Counted from the stretch's first letter, positions 8,233 to 17,769 are shown. The stretch is DNA of 52,897 nucleotides from a virus (IMGVR_UViG_3300028887_000069:1-52897); one strand, 5' to 3'. The notes: generated by a model from the sequence alone, not told the origin. Translations and numbers: made by a program.

Positions 8233-9711
8233 ACAGATGGTATTAACTTCAAGGTTGCTAATAAGTTACGCTATACAGACGAACACCCCTACTACTGTAA
8301 CGGTCTCGGCAGAAACGGAAAAATGGGTAAACCCTACACAGGCGTGGCTGCTGACGTTCAGGAGTTCGAAGACCTCTACCTCAGAGGTAAAAACGGTATA
8401 GATATTGACGAGGTAGTTCCATCGTCAATCAACTTCAAAAGAAAAACATACGCCGACCTTCTTGAAGGAAACAAGGTGAAGTTGGTAGGTAACAGCATCA
8501 AGTCGAAAAAGATGCCTATATACATTGAGAAATTCTTGGACAAGGCTATTCCGTTGTTGCTTTTTGACAAGGGTAAGGAGTTCATAGAGTTCTACTATGA
8601 CTACGTGGACAAGATTTACAACTACAAGATACCCTTGAAGGACATTGCCTCTGTGGGCAAAATAAAAATCAGTCTGAAGGAATATAAGGAGAAGTGCAAG
8701 GAAGTGACTGCAGCGGGCACAAAAAAGTCTCGTCAGGCTTGGTATGAGTTGGCTATAAAGGAAGGTCTGAACGTGAACATGGGTGACACCATATACTACA
8801 TCAACACGGGTGAAAAGAAAACATCTTCCGACGTGCAGCGTCTCACCAAGTACTTTGCCTACGGTGAGGACAAGACCAAGGAATACGAGAAAGAGCACAA
8901 CAAGATTAAGAAACTGTATAAGGAAGATGCAAACAACGAAGGTGTGAAGAAATACCTGCGTGACCAAGGCAAGTTGATGAACCTTTCAGAATATGTCGCC
9001 GTTGAACACCCTGAGGCTGAGGAAAAGGATGAAATCGTGTTCAACTGCATGCTTCTGCCTCAAAACATAATTGAGGATGACGAGGACCATTTCTGTGACG
9101 AGGAGACCGAGTACAATGTCACCAAGTATATCGAGATGCTTAACAAGCGAATCACAACTCTGCTTGTGTGTTTCAAGAAGTCGATGCGTGACACCTTCAA
9201 CGAGAAAGGTAAGATTGTTAGTAATATACTTATTTCAAATCCAAAGGAACGCAAGTCATTTACCGATGAGGAATGCAAACTCACGTCAGGTGAACCGATG
9301 AACCCGAGTGATGAGGACAAGGTTGAGGATGTCATGATGCCTGAGGACAAGGAGATAAAGTTTTGGACAAGCATTGACCAAAAGCCACCGTATGTGGATG
9401 AATGCGACTTGGATTGGGAACAGATAAAGTCGGACTATTTCGAACGTCAGAAAGTGCTTGAACAAGAAGGTATCAAGGAAGAGGTTGAACGCTATAAGAA
9501 GTATATAGAGGAAACACTGTCAAAGGCTGAATATGACTCTTTCATGGATGAAGGTGAGGTGCCTTCGGCAATCATGTCCTTCTGTGACATAGAAACCAAC
9601 GGATACAGTCTCCTGTCCAAGAAATACGGTGTCGCCATAGGCAGCCTTATGGACATCGTTGACAAGGATTGGACACAGAAATCCACAGACGAGGAACTGA
9701 GAAACGAATAA
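8131..9711 (+). CDS. polB: C-intein fused to the C-terminal part of family B DNA polymerase
   Basis: The first 34 aa end VYDISL...VVSN, followed by TDGINF, which completes the GD-TD catalytic motif. Later polymerase palm/thumb motifs include KKTYA-like KRKTYA, LVGNSIK and IYYINTG. Confidence 0.95.
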   Translation: MVKSEKLRKDKCIVYDISLDGTFVNALGMNVVSNTDGINFKVANKLRYTDEHPYYCNGLGRNGKMGKPYTGVAADVQEFEDLYLRGKNGIDIDEVVPSSINFKRKTYADLLEGNKVKLVGNSIKSKKMPIYIEKFLDKAIPLLLFDKGKEFIEFYYDYVDKIYNYKIPLKDIASVGKIKISLKEYKEKCKEVTAAGTKKSRQAWYELAIKEGLNVNMGDTIYYINTGEKKTSSDVQRLTKYFAYGEDKTKEYEKEHNKIKKLYKEDANNEGVKKYLRDQGKLMNLSEYVAVEHPEAEEKDEIVFNCMLLPQNIIEDDEDHFCDEETEYNVTKYIEMLNKRITTLLVCFKKSMRDTFNEKGKIVSNILISNPKERKSFTDEECKLTSGEPMNPSDEDKVEDVMMPEDKEIKFWTSIDQKPPYVDECDLDWEQIKSDYFERQKVLEQEGIKEEVERYKKYIEETLSKAEYDSFMDEGEVPSAIMSFCDIETNGYSLLSKKYGVAIGSLMDIVDKDWTQKSTDEELRNE

Positions 9712-9730
9712 TAACAAAAGTAATAAAGAT

Positions 9731-10159
9731 ATGACAACAAAAGAAATTGTATTAACGTTCCCCGAGCCGTTCAAAAGTGCGGTTAAGTATGGAAATTTCA
9801 ATATTGACTACAAACTCCATGAAGGGAAAAGTGACCACAAGTGGTTGGAGGAAAACGGTTATGAATTATGGATGGGTTCGGATTGTACCTATAACGTTGA
9901 TGGGCTTCCCAACTTGAATGCCACAAGTTATGGTGATTGGGGAAGTGTTTATAACCATCATTATGATAATGAGGAAACGCTTGACGGTTTTTGCAAGAGT
10001 TTCTGTGAATTCTGCAGGATGTATGAAGAGGGGATTGTAAAACTGTGGAGAATCAGGATTTACATTGACGAGATAACCTATGATTACAATCATGACGCCC
10101 AAAAATGGAAAATGTATGAAAATTATGAATGGAAAGATTGTACTTCTCCCTTCAAATGA
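9731..10159 (+). CDS. Hypothetical protein
   Basis: 142-aa ORF co-oriented and closely spaced after polB-C. Confidence 0.75.
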   Translation: MTTKEIVLTFPEPFKSAVKYGNFNIDYKLHEGKSDHKWLEENGYELWMGSDCTYNVDGLPNLNATSYGDWGSVYNHHYDNEETLDGFCKSFCEFCRMYEEGIVKLWRIRIYIDEITYDYNHDAQKWKMYENYEWKDCTSPFK

Positions 10160-10183
10160 CAACAAAAAAGCGGGTAATTAAAA

Positions 10184-10209
10184 GGGAACTATATACCTGT
10201 TGACAGAAA
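10184..10209 (+). repeat. Terminal inverted repeat of the IS1595-family element
   Basis: GGGAACTATATACCTGTTGACAGAAA. Confidence 0.9.
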
Positions 10210-10223
10210 TATAAACAAATTTT

Positions 10224-10250
10224 AACGCAGTTCTTTTGGACTGCGTTTTT
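10224..10250. terminator. Intrinsic terminator just inside the IS end
   Basis: AACGCAGT-loop-ACTGCGTT plus T tract. Confidence 0.7.
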
Positions 10251-10279
10251 GTGAACTATAAACGGGAGGTCAAAAAGAA

Positions 10280-10693
10280 TTACTTCAAACAATAATATGG
10301 TTCACCGTGAGTTATGTCGACCCATTCCATATTTATTTCATTTTGTTCTTGCTGTGTTATAATGCCAATTAATTGAAGGTACGAGGTAAAGTCTGTATGA
10401 TGCATATAGTTGAAATCTTTTCCATCAATAAAGACTACCCCATACTTTGTCCAACTACCATTTTTAATGGGTATCGTATGTAACCAAGCAAGACAAAATT
10501 TTACCTTTTCGATTACGGTTAATACAGTGGATGCCCTTATGTACTCAGTAATATCTATAGAGCAAACATTGTTTTCGGTTTCAAATATTCTACCTTCATA
10601 ATGGAGTAGATTGGCATCAATGAATAAATCGCAACAATATTTACCTAAAGATTCTTTAAACAAATCATCCCAATAGATAGCGTCTTGTGTCAT
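10280..10693 (-). CDS. Hypothetical IS passenger protein
   Basis: 137-aa AT-rich ORF inside the TIRs. A Bacteroidota-type TAnnTTTG (TATTTTTG on the minus strand) lies about 60 nt upstream. Confidence 0.7.
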   Translation of the reverse strand: MTQDAIYWDDLFKESLGKYCCDLFIDANLLHYEGRIFETENNVCSIDITEYIRASTVLTVIEKVKFCLAWLHTIPIKNGSWTKYGVVFIDGKDFNYMHHTDFTSYLQLIGIITQQEQNEINMEWVDITHGEPYYCLK

Positions 10694-10805
10694 AATGATT
10701 TTTGTGATAATATATAAGTTGAACTAAAACTTGAATGGTGTTTCATTTATGCTGCAAAAATAAACATTTTTCGAACAACTGATATTTATTATAAAAACTA
10801 TCCTT

Positions 10806-11450
10806 ATGAGTGAAATACAAAATAATCAAGACACAAGTGTAAATGCCTCTGTTTCATCAGTATTGGGGGTATGGCAAAATTTGCAAATAATTCTTGGTCA
10901 ACAAGCAAGCAGATATATCCAAGCGATTAACGAAGAAATCAGAGCTAAAAGGCGAAAAGTTTCCATAAGTGACATTAATGGACTTCTCTCTTTTCTTGAG
11001 AATTCAATTAACAATACGCTTAGTGTTTCGTTAAAACAACAAATAACAATAACCAAATTAAACACTACTCAGAGAATGGGTAAAATTCCAAATGGTAAAA
11101 ATGTGGATAATAATAACAAAATAAACGAAAATAGAAATATGAAACAAACAATTAGACTCACGGAGAGTGAACTTAAACACCTTATCAGGGAGAGTGTTAA
11201 AAAGATACTGAAAGAGGGTAAAAAAGTCAACCATAAACCTTATTTTGGACCTAATATAAGACCTGGAGACCCAATTCCTGCACCTGACTATGATGATGTA
11301 GTTTCTTCATCAGAACAATTCTTGGATACAATATCACCCGAAGAATGGAGTGAATTAGAAGATTTTGTAAATGCTCTTTCAAAACATTTGGAACGTGCCA
11401 AGAACTATAAAAAAACTGATTCAGGTGAACTTGTTCATATGTACAAATAA
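10806..11450 (+). CDS. IS passenger protein carrying the phage IRLTE tag
   Basis: Contains MKQTIRLTESELKHLIRESVKKILKE (11139-11216); ATATTTAT at 10782-10789 upstream. Confidence 0.8.
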   Translation: MSEIQNNQDTSVNASVSSVLGVWQNLQIILGQQASRYIQAINEEIRAKRRKVSISDINGLLSFLENSINNTLSVSLKQQITITKLNTTQRMGKIPNGKNVDNNNKINENRNMKQTIRLTESELKHLIRESVKKILKEGKKVNHKPYFGPNIRPGDPIPAPDYDDVVSSSEQFLDTISPEEWSELEDFVNALSKHLERAKNYKKTDSGELVHMYK

Positions 11451-11493
11451 CTAGTTAGGAAGGTGAACCCGTCCCCGCCTTTTGTGTATAACA

Positions 11494-12417
11494 TCAAGCC
11501 ACGTTTTTCACCATCCCATAGTCGAACACTCCGACACACATTCCGAACATGTAAGCGAAGCGCACACCTGCCTTCGCTTCTTTTGTATTCCACCTATACA
11601 CCTCTTCGTCTATATACCTTTGCAGATACTTCTTCGATACAAAGTGGTAGATACCATACACCATACGTCTGAACTGCGCCCAAAAGCCTTCTATCGTGTT
11701 CGTGTAGTTGTCCCCGACAGCATACTCCTTCTCATGGTGATGCACGACATTGTGGATATATCCGTGCTCAGCCAACTTTGAATAACTGCTCAGTTCATCC
11801 GTGAACACCTCGCTGTGCTCATACACGTACTGCTTGATTATCGGCATCAGGGTTTCAACCTTCGTGTCTTTTACAGCCAATGCCTTGATACTACCTGCTC
11901 TCTCCACCATGCCGAATATAGGGGTTTTGGTCTTTGTTGACCTTCCCTGAGTGCCCTCTGTCTTTTTGCTTTCGTGCTTGTTGGTTTCCTTGCCACCGAG
12001 ATACATTTCATCCATCTCGACCTTGCCTTCAAGCCTTTCGATGGTCTGACCGTACATGTGACGAATTTTGTGGAGCATGAACCAAGCCGTTTTCTGTGTA
12101 ACCTTGATGTCCTGAGCCAACTGCACAGAGGATATGCCCTTCTTATGGCTGCTTATGAGATACATCGCCATGAACCACTTGCGGAGGGGGAGTTTGGTAT
12201 TCTCGAATATGGTGCCTGATATGACCGAGAATGTGTGGTTGCAGTCCGCACATGTGTATCTTCCGTTTTTGCGGTCATATACGTGCAGGCTTCCGCACAC
12301 GGGGCAGGCGATGTCTTTACCCCAACGCTGTTCACGGATAACCTTACGGCATTTGGCTTCCGAGTTGAAATAAGAGGCGAGTTCGATAAGCGAATTGAAA
12401 TTGGAAAGGTCTATCAT
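11494..12417 (-). CDS. IS1595-family transposase (Zn ribbon + ISXO2-like DDE domain)
   Basis: CPVCG...CADC ribbon; VEMDEMYLGG, FTDELSSY, TNTIEGFW and YLQRYIDE motifs. Confidence 0.95.
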   Translation of the reverse strand: MIDLSNFNSLIELASYFNSEAKCRKVIREQRWGKDIACPVCGSLHVYDRKNGRYTCADCNHTFSVISGTIFENTKLPLRKWFMAMYLISSHKKGISSVQLAQDIKVTQKTAWFMLHKIRHMYGQTIERLEGKVEMDEMYLGGKETNKHESKKTEGTQGRSTKTKTPIFGMVERAGSIKALAVKDTKVETLMPIIKQYVYEHSEVFTDELSSYSKLAEHGYIHNVVHHHEKEYAVGDNYTNTIEGFWAQFRRMVYGIYHFVSKKYLQRYIDEEVYRWNTKEAKAGVRFAYMFGMCVGVFDYGMVKNVA

Positions 12418-12490
12418 AAGAGTCGTGATTTAATGTTACGTGTACAAATATAACACTAAATCACGACATAGAGAAGCTTTTTAACACTTT

Positions 12491-12516
12491 TTTCTGTCAG
12501 CACGTATATAGTCCCC
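12491..12516 (-). repeat. Terminal inverted repeat of the IS1595-family element
   Basis: Reverse complement reads GGGGACTATATACGTGCTGACAGAAA. Confidence 0.9.
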
Positions 12517-12541
12517 AATTAAAAACCCGCTTTTTCTATTT

Positions 12542-13264
12542 TCAGTAGCCCGCTGTATTCGTATTTGAATATAATATCATTTTAGCGTCCGCATTCGGGT
12601 GTACCGTCGCATATCTACCCATATCCCGACCGCCGTCGAATTTCTTAAACAACATTCTTGCATAGTCGAAGTTTTTCTCCTGATAGTTTGGTATGATTAT
12701 ATGCAGACCGCCGCTTGGTGTTTCATACTCATCCATTATTGTAATCTGACACATGTCAAGTATGTGGTGCACTTCATCCCAAAGTTTCTTGTCGTCGCTG
12801 TCAATGTCTATCAACAGGCGAGGTCTTTTTTGCGCCCATTCCTTTCCAAACTTTGCCTCACCTGCAACTCTGTCCTCAACGTGTTCTGCACCCCTTATGG
12901 TTTTCTTTATGAATTTAACCCTTTCAGCGGTTTCTTTTTCGGAACGTGTGTTAAGTGTGATGTAGGCACGTGCATTGTTTTTCTCACACATGTCAATGAT
13001 AGTGGGTTTCAGTTTCAGGAGTTCGTCAACTGAGTGTATTTTCCATGAACCCAAGTACCAAGAGCCGTTCCTGTAGTTTCCAATTCTTTTATCGTCGGTT
13101 GGATTGTCTTTTCTTCTTTTGGTTATTTGAACGAAATAGAATTCATCCTCAGGGTCTTGGTATTGCATATGTTTGATAACCCTGTCAAAGTTATCTATAC
13201 GGATTTGTGTTTCTAAAATAACTTCCCTGACACACTCTTTTATGTATTGTTTAATGTTAAACAT
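12542..13264 (-). CDS. AEP (primase-polymerase) superfamily-like protein
   Basis: RLLIDIDSD (DxD) and ETPSGGLHII (SxxGxH-like). ATG at 13264 is the likely start; an upstream TTG is at 13276. Confidence 0.5.
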   Translation of the reverse strand: MFNIKQYIKECVREVILETQIRIDNFDRVIKHMQYQDPEDEFYFVQITKRRKDNPTDDKRIGNYRNGSWYLGSWKIHSVDELLKLKPTIIDMCEKNNARAYITLNTRSEKETAERVKFIKKTIRGAEHVEDRVAGEAKFGKEWAQKRPRLLIDIDSDDKKLWDEVHHILDMCQITIMDEYETPSGGLHIIIPNYQEKNFDYARMLFKKFDGGRDMGRYATVHPNADAKMILYSNTNTAGY

Positions 13265-13287
13265 ATCCACTGTCAAAATTATGTTGA

Positions 13288-14094
13288 TTAATCCATTTTC
13301 CCGTTTTTGAAAAGATATACAATTTCGTCAAAATTATCCTTTACATATTGCAAAGCCCCTTCGTAATCATTCTTAAAAATCTTGAAATCAATCCATCCGT
13401 CATCCGACATACCCTTTTCAACATCGGGAATATGATAATATTCGTCCACAGGGGATAAGGGGTTTCTGTCTCTTGAAGAAAGAAAACCAATAGGTTTTCC
13501 CCTATATCTTATTTCCTGTATACCTTGTCCTGGATTGGCTAACCTTGTTTCTCCAAAGGTGAAATCGTTGTCAGTGATTTCCATTATAACTTCATTAATG
13601 AGGTTTTTTAAGTCTGATTCTGTTAATTTGATTGTCCGCTTCATGTTTTTATTTTCTTTTATGCTTATTTTCTTCTTCATGTGTTTGCCAAACGATTTGG
13701 AAGGCTTCTCACTTTTAGCCTGCTGTTCTGTCCACTTCCTGAACAGTACATTTCCCTTTTCATAAGCCTCCTTCTCCAACTCGTCGAGTTTTTCATCCTG
13801 ACCGAGTGTGTCACCCTTGTATCCCACAAGTCTGCCGTCAAGATTTTGACTGTGGTGGATATTTTCATGCGCGATTGACCTTAACACATCTTTAATATGT
13901 CGTCCGTTAACAAATACAGTAACTTCCTGTTTATCAGGGTCATAAAAAGCAGTTCTGATAAAAACACCATCTTGTTTCCTGTTGCTTATTCTATATTTGG
14001 GGAATGGTCTGATGTGAAGTCCATTCTCACTCATGAACTCACAAAGGCTTTTTATGTATTTCTCGTAATTTATCCTGTGTGTCTTTTCAGCCAT
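13288..14094 (-). CDS. Zinc metallopeptidase-like (HExxH) domain fused to a second tagged module
   Basis: RSIAHENIHHSQ...ELEKEAY, then MKRTIKLTESDLKNLINEVIME and a distinct C-terminal module. Confidence 0.65.
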   Translation of the reverse strand: MAEKTHRINYEKYIKSLCEFMSENGLHIRPFPKYRISNRKQDGVFIRTAFYDPDKQEVTVFVNGRHIKDVLRSIAHENIHHSQNLDGRLVGYKGDTLGQDEKLDELEKEAYEKGNVLFRKWTEQQAKSEKPSKSFGKHMKKKISIKENKNMKRTIKLTESDLKNLINEVIMEITDNDFTFGETRLANPGQGIQEIRYRGKPIGFLSSRDRNPLSPVDEYYHIPDVEKGMSDDGWIDFKIFKNDYEGALQYVKDNFDEIVYLFKNGKMD

Positions 14095-14115
14095 GGCAGT
14101 AAATTGTTTCAACGG

Positions 14116-14781
14116 TTATTTTGTTATCTGAACAAAACGGTTGGTATCGCTTACGATGTATGGGTTCTGTTCATCCACAATCACCTCAATTACAGTGTGT
14201 TTCTTTTGGAACCAACGGGCAATTGCGCATTTTTTCGGTGGATTGATGGTTTCTCTCTTTGAACTAATTATGACAGTTTTCTCACTTGTTGCAGTGCTTT
14301 TCACTCCGATTGTCGCAGGGTATTCGAGATGGAGGTCTGTACACATCCACTTGTCGCCTATGCTTGTGTCGAACACAAACTCAGGTTCGCAGAATATGGT
14401 GTCCATAAGTCTGATGGTGTCATGTCTCTCAAAGTGTGAGAGCATGTATTGCAGTTCCTTTATCTTTTTGTCCTTGATTTTGTTGTTGTCGACGGCGGCA
14501 ACGAGTTTCTTGGATATGGAGTCATTGAAATATCTCATCTGTTCCATATTGAACTCATATTGTAGTATTTGATTTGAAGCGTCGTTCAATTCAGCCATGA
14601 AAGCGGCGTTATTGTTCTCTGCGGTTGCCAACGAAGACTTTGCGGACTTGTAACTCAACCAAAGGAAGGTCAAACCGAGTATAAGTGCCACACCAAGAAT
14701 TATTTCTATCCAAGTTCTGAGACTTATTTTCTTAAAAAATGCGGCAATTTTTGAAAATATTGCCAAAATTGTTACATTCAT
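14116..14781 (-). CDS. Membrane-anchored coiled-coil protein (possible spanin/Rz-like)
   Basis: N-terminal TM helix (WIEIILGVALILGLTFLWL) followed by a coiled coil. The function is a guess. Confidence 0.4.
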   Translation of the reverse strand: MNVTILAIFSKIAAFFKKISLRTWIEIILGVALILGLTFLWLSYKSAKSSLATAENNNAAFMAELNDASNQILQYEFNMEQMRYFNDSISKKLVAAVDNNKIKDKKIKELQYMLSHFERHDTIRLMDTIFCEPEFVFDTSIGDKWMCTDLHLEYPATIGVKSTATSEKTVIISSKRETINPPKKCAIARWFQKKHTVIEVIVDEQNPYIVSDTNRFVQITK

Positions 14782-14805
14782 GTCTTTATTCTTTTTTATT
14801 TTCCT

Positions 14806-16215
14806 TTATTCTTTTTTACGGGCTTCACTCAATACAGTGAACCTCAACGCATCCTTTGTTATCAGTTCCTCCTCGTCGTACTTGACCTTTATGTCAACGT
14901 GGTATTCATGTGGAACCAACTCATCCGTCACAATGAAGAAGGAGTTGCCTGTATATATCATGTCGCAGTCCTGCCAATCTATCACATTGTATTCCCTGTC
15001 GGCAAACCTGATGTAAAGTCTGTACTGTAATGAATTGAAGGGGTATTCCTGTTTCGGGGTGTACAGTATCTTGCATTCCACGTTTATCTTTCTCTTTTCA
15101 CCCTGCAGAAGTTCCTCACCTTCTTTGATACCATAGAGAACAGGTTTGAATTTCGGGTGTTTCTGTGTGTCGAACGGCAATCCGAAAGTGTAGTACCTGT
15201 CGGTTTCCTTAGTCGTGACACTTAATTCAGCGTCAGGATATGTCCTGCCTTGGTATTTTATGTTGGACCATGTGTCGTAAAGCATTGTATTCGGTGATAT
15301 GTCGGCATTTGTAAGGTATGTGTCAATATAATATACACCCTTGGTTGCCTGTTTTACCTCCATCTCGGCGCCGTTGAACTCACATGTGGGCAGTTCGTCT
15401 AAGTTGACGTTGTTTCCACCTACATTGGCGTAAAAATAAAGTTTATTCGGTTTCTCCAAATAGAAATTGATGCGGTCGTCTTTGATGACATCACCATAGG
15501 TTGTCTCAACGAAAGGTTCGAAAAAGGTGTTGGTACGGTTAGAGAAGAAACCGACATATTGTGAAACGATTTCCCTCATCAGTTCATATTCAGGTGTGAA
15601 CGCCAAACCAAGACCGTAGTTTTCCAAGGTTCCGTCAATGAACTTGTTGAACACGTCGGTTATGTCCATTTCAAACTGTTCGTTTCCGAAATCGAAATGT
15701 TTTATGCCGATTATTCTTTCGTCGTCGTTGTCAATCATTTCCGACAGTTGGTCTATTGAATAGACACCTGGGGTTTCCCATCTGTCTCTCGTTGTCCTGT
15801 AATACCAGTTTGAGCCGTATTCGGAATATGCCTTACGATATTCAGGTCGCTTGTCCTCCTTGAAATCAAAGCCACGACCCTCATCCCATTTTTCGGGAAC
15901 AAGGAAAAGCACCAAGTCAAATGATGTTGCTCTCTCCTTTTCTTCTGTTCTGAAAGAGTCTGGTAAGGGGCAGTTTATCCTTGATATGTCTATATCGGCA
16001 ACATTCCACAGTTTCAGTACATGTCTAAGTTTAGAGGGGTCTATGTATGTCTTGTCTTCAATCAAGTCTTTAACTTTTTGATGATTGAAGTACATCAGGC
16101 ATCTTGTGTGCATGTTGCCGTAGTATAGTTCCATTACGGGGTTAAGACCTGTATTGGCAGCCGTACCTTCTATAATCGTATTCGATTTTTCTATATATGT
16201 ATGTGTTACTAACAT
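14806..16215 (-). CDS. Probable virion structural (baseplate-region) protein
   Basis: 469-aa beta-rich ORF next to the spike gene, with ATATTTAT upstream (16238-16245). Confidence 0.5.
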   Translation of the reverse strand: MLVTHTYIEKSNTIIEGTAANTGLNPVMELYYGNMHTRCLMYFNHQKVKDLIEDKTYIDPSKLRHVLKLWNVADIDISRINCPLPDSFRTEEKERATSFDLVLFLVPEKWDEGRGFDFKEDKRPEYRKAYSEYGSNWYYRTTRDRWETPGVYSIDQLSEMIDNDDERIIGIKHFDFGNEQFEMDITDVFNKFIDGTLENYGLGLAFTPEYELMREIVSQYVGFFSNRTNTFFEPFVETTYGDVIKDDRINFYLEKPNKLYFYANVGGNNVNLDELPTCEFNGAEMEVKQATKGVYYIDTYLTNADISPNTMLYDTWSNIKYQGRTYPDAELSVTTKETDRYYTFGLPFDTQKHPKFKPVLYGIKEGEELLQGEKRKINVECKILYTPKQEYPFNSLQYRLYIRFADREYNVIDWQDCDMIYTGNSFFIVTDELVPHEYHVDIKVKYDEEELITKDALRFTVLSEARKKE

Positions 16216-16254
16216 TCATCATATGGTTATACAATAAATAAATATCATGAAATG

Positions 16255-17169
16255 TTAGTTTATCCTTATGGACTTGGACAATATTTCATCCAAATCTTTA
16301 GAGATTGCGTCATTGTCGGTTTCATTAAGACATGGGGGTTTTTGGTGGAACGGATGTGTGTGGTCTTTGAACACCCTTACGAACTCCTTCAGAAACGCAA
16401 CAAGTTCATCACCGTATGGAAGACGGTGTGCTTGCTGATACACCTTTTCAAGTTCTTCATTGTTAATCAAATCCTTTCTGTCACCCATTGAAAAATAGGT
16501 CTTGGAGTCATGTGACAGAAGGTTAATCCTGTCAGCCACAACGTTTACCTCACTCTTAAACTCCTTGCCGTTTTCGTCGGTTGCATCCTTGTATTTCATT
16601 TGTATGTATGCAGGGTCAACCGAGTTATACTCAAGCCTTTTTTCTATTACACTGTCATATGGATGGGACTTGAAACCGCACCTAAGGTCAACCTCGTCAT
16701 CCTTGAAGACTATGTCGCTGTTTCCCCTGCCACGTATTGCAACATCCTCCCTTTTGGGAACCGTACCCTCGTTTTCAGGATTGATGGATGGTGCTTCCAT
16801 GGCAGTTATGCAGTCACCCTTAAGGTTTGTACCTTTCATTATAAAGGAATATGGTGTTCTGTCGAAGGACCAATCCTGTGGTACTATCGGACCTATAAAG
16901 AAACGTTGGCTTCCATTGTTACCCTGTTCCTGTGTAAATACAACAACACATTCACCCTCCTTAGGATGTACATGAAGCATCTTTGGAAGCAGAGGGAAGG
17001 CATATGGTACACCAAAAACGTCGCCACTGTTCCACTTCTCCCATTCATCGCTACCAATAGGGGCTTTAATTCTGAGACCGTCAGAATCATCCTCGACACT
17101 CACCACCTTTGTAAAGTAACATAGGGCGAGTTTGTCAAGATTCCTGTAACCACTTTCATTATCAACCAT
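16255..17169 (-). CDS. Baseplate central spike (gp5/gpV-like, OB-fold)
   Basis: N-terminal KVVSVEDDSDGLRIK...AFPLLP...PKEGECVVVF...RFFIGP; C-terminal HTH metal-binding motif (DHTHP). Confidence 0.7.
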   Translation of the reverse strand: MVDNESGYRNLDKLALCYFTKVVSVEDDSDGLRIKAPIGSDEWEKWNSGDVFGVPYAFPLLPKMLHVHPKEGECVVVFTQEQGNNGSQRFFIGPIVPQDWSFDRTPYSFIMKGTNLKGDCITAMEAPSINPENEGTVPKREDVAIRGRGNSDIVFKDDEVDLRCGFKSHPYDSVIEKRLEYNSVDPAYIQMKYKDATDENGKEFKSEVNVVADRINLLSHDSKTYFSMGDRKDLINNEELEKVYQQAHRLPYGDELVAFLKEFVRVFKDHTHPFHQKPPCLNETDNDAISKDLDEILSKSIRIN

Positions 17170-17377
17170 TCTTACCTTCCCTTCTGTTTATTTCTTCTTT
17201 CAAGTCGCCGTATCTTTTCGCAATCTTGTTTATTTCTTCAAACTCTTTGGAAACATACGTGCGCATTTCCTCGAGTTTTTCACCCAACAGTTTTTGCCTG
17301 TCAGCATATTCCTTTTCCAGAGTTTCAATTTCTTCCTGTATCTCGGCTTTTGTTGCCAAACTGATGTTGTCTATCAT
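17162..17377 (-). CDS. Small coiled-coil hypothetical protein
   Basis: 71-aa ORF overlapping both neighbours (translational coupling). Confidence 0.7.
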   Translation of the reverse strand: MIDNISLATKAEIQEEIETLEKEYADRQKLLGEKLEEMRTYVSKEFEEINKIAKRYGDLKEEINRREGKNG

Positions 17378-17769
17378 TCTATTATTCCTCCTATTTCTCC
17401 CATGTTATTATTAATCAGTGTCAATGTGACAGGACCGCCCGCATTGCCACCCATCCCTATGAAGGACAGGTCTCCTGGTTGTGCAATCATCTGTGTAACT
17501 CCACTCATTTTCACATGATTTACGAATTCTTCAGCAAAAATTTTAACAAATTTGTTGTTATAGTTGGGTTCCCCACATTCCGTTGCACCTGTTTCAAACC
17601 CCTCGCTCTGTAATTTGGATATGACAGCGCCCGTCATGGCAATTGCCGACAATCCTGGTCTGTTCATTATTTCACAGAGAAGAAGTATCGGTGGAATAGG
17701 CGTAATCGGAAGTCTTACCTTCTGAAACGCGCCCTTTATACCGTCGGCTATGTTCTTAATCCAATCCAT
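17374..17769 (-). CDS. Hypothetical protein, tandem paralog copy 2
   Basis: 131 aa, highly similar to 17769-18164. Confidence 0.85.
   Translation of the reverse strand: MDWIKNIADGIKGAFQKVRLPITPIPPILLLCEIMNRPGLSAIAMTGAVISKLQSEGFETGATECGEPNYNNKFVKIFAEEFVNHVKMSGVTQMIAQPGDLSFIGMGGNAGGPVTLTLINNNMGEIGGIIE

Larger units (their letters stand above)
10184..12516 (-). mobile_element. IS1595-family element with passenger genes (2333 bp)
   Basis: 26-bp TIRs at 10184-10209 and 12491-12516 (23/26 identical). Exact 8-bp direct repeat AATTAAAA at 10176-10183 and 12517-12524. Contains an ISXO2-like transposase. Confidence 0.9.
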
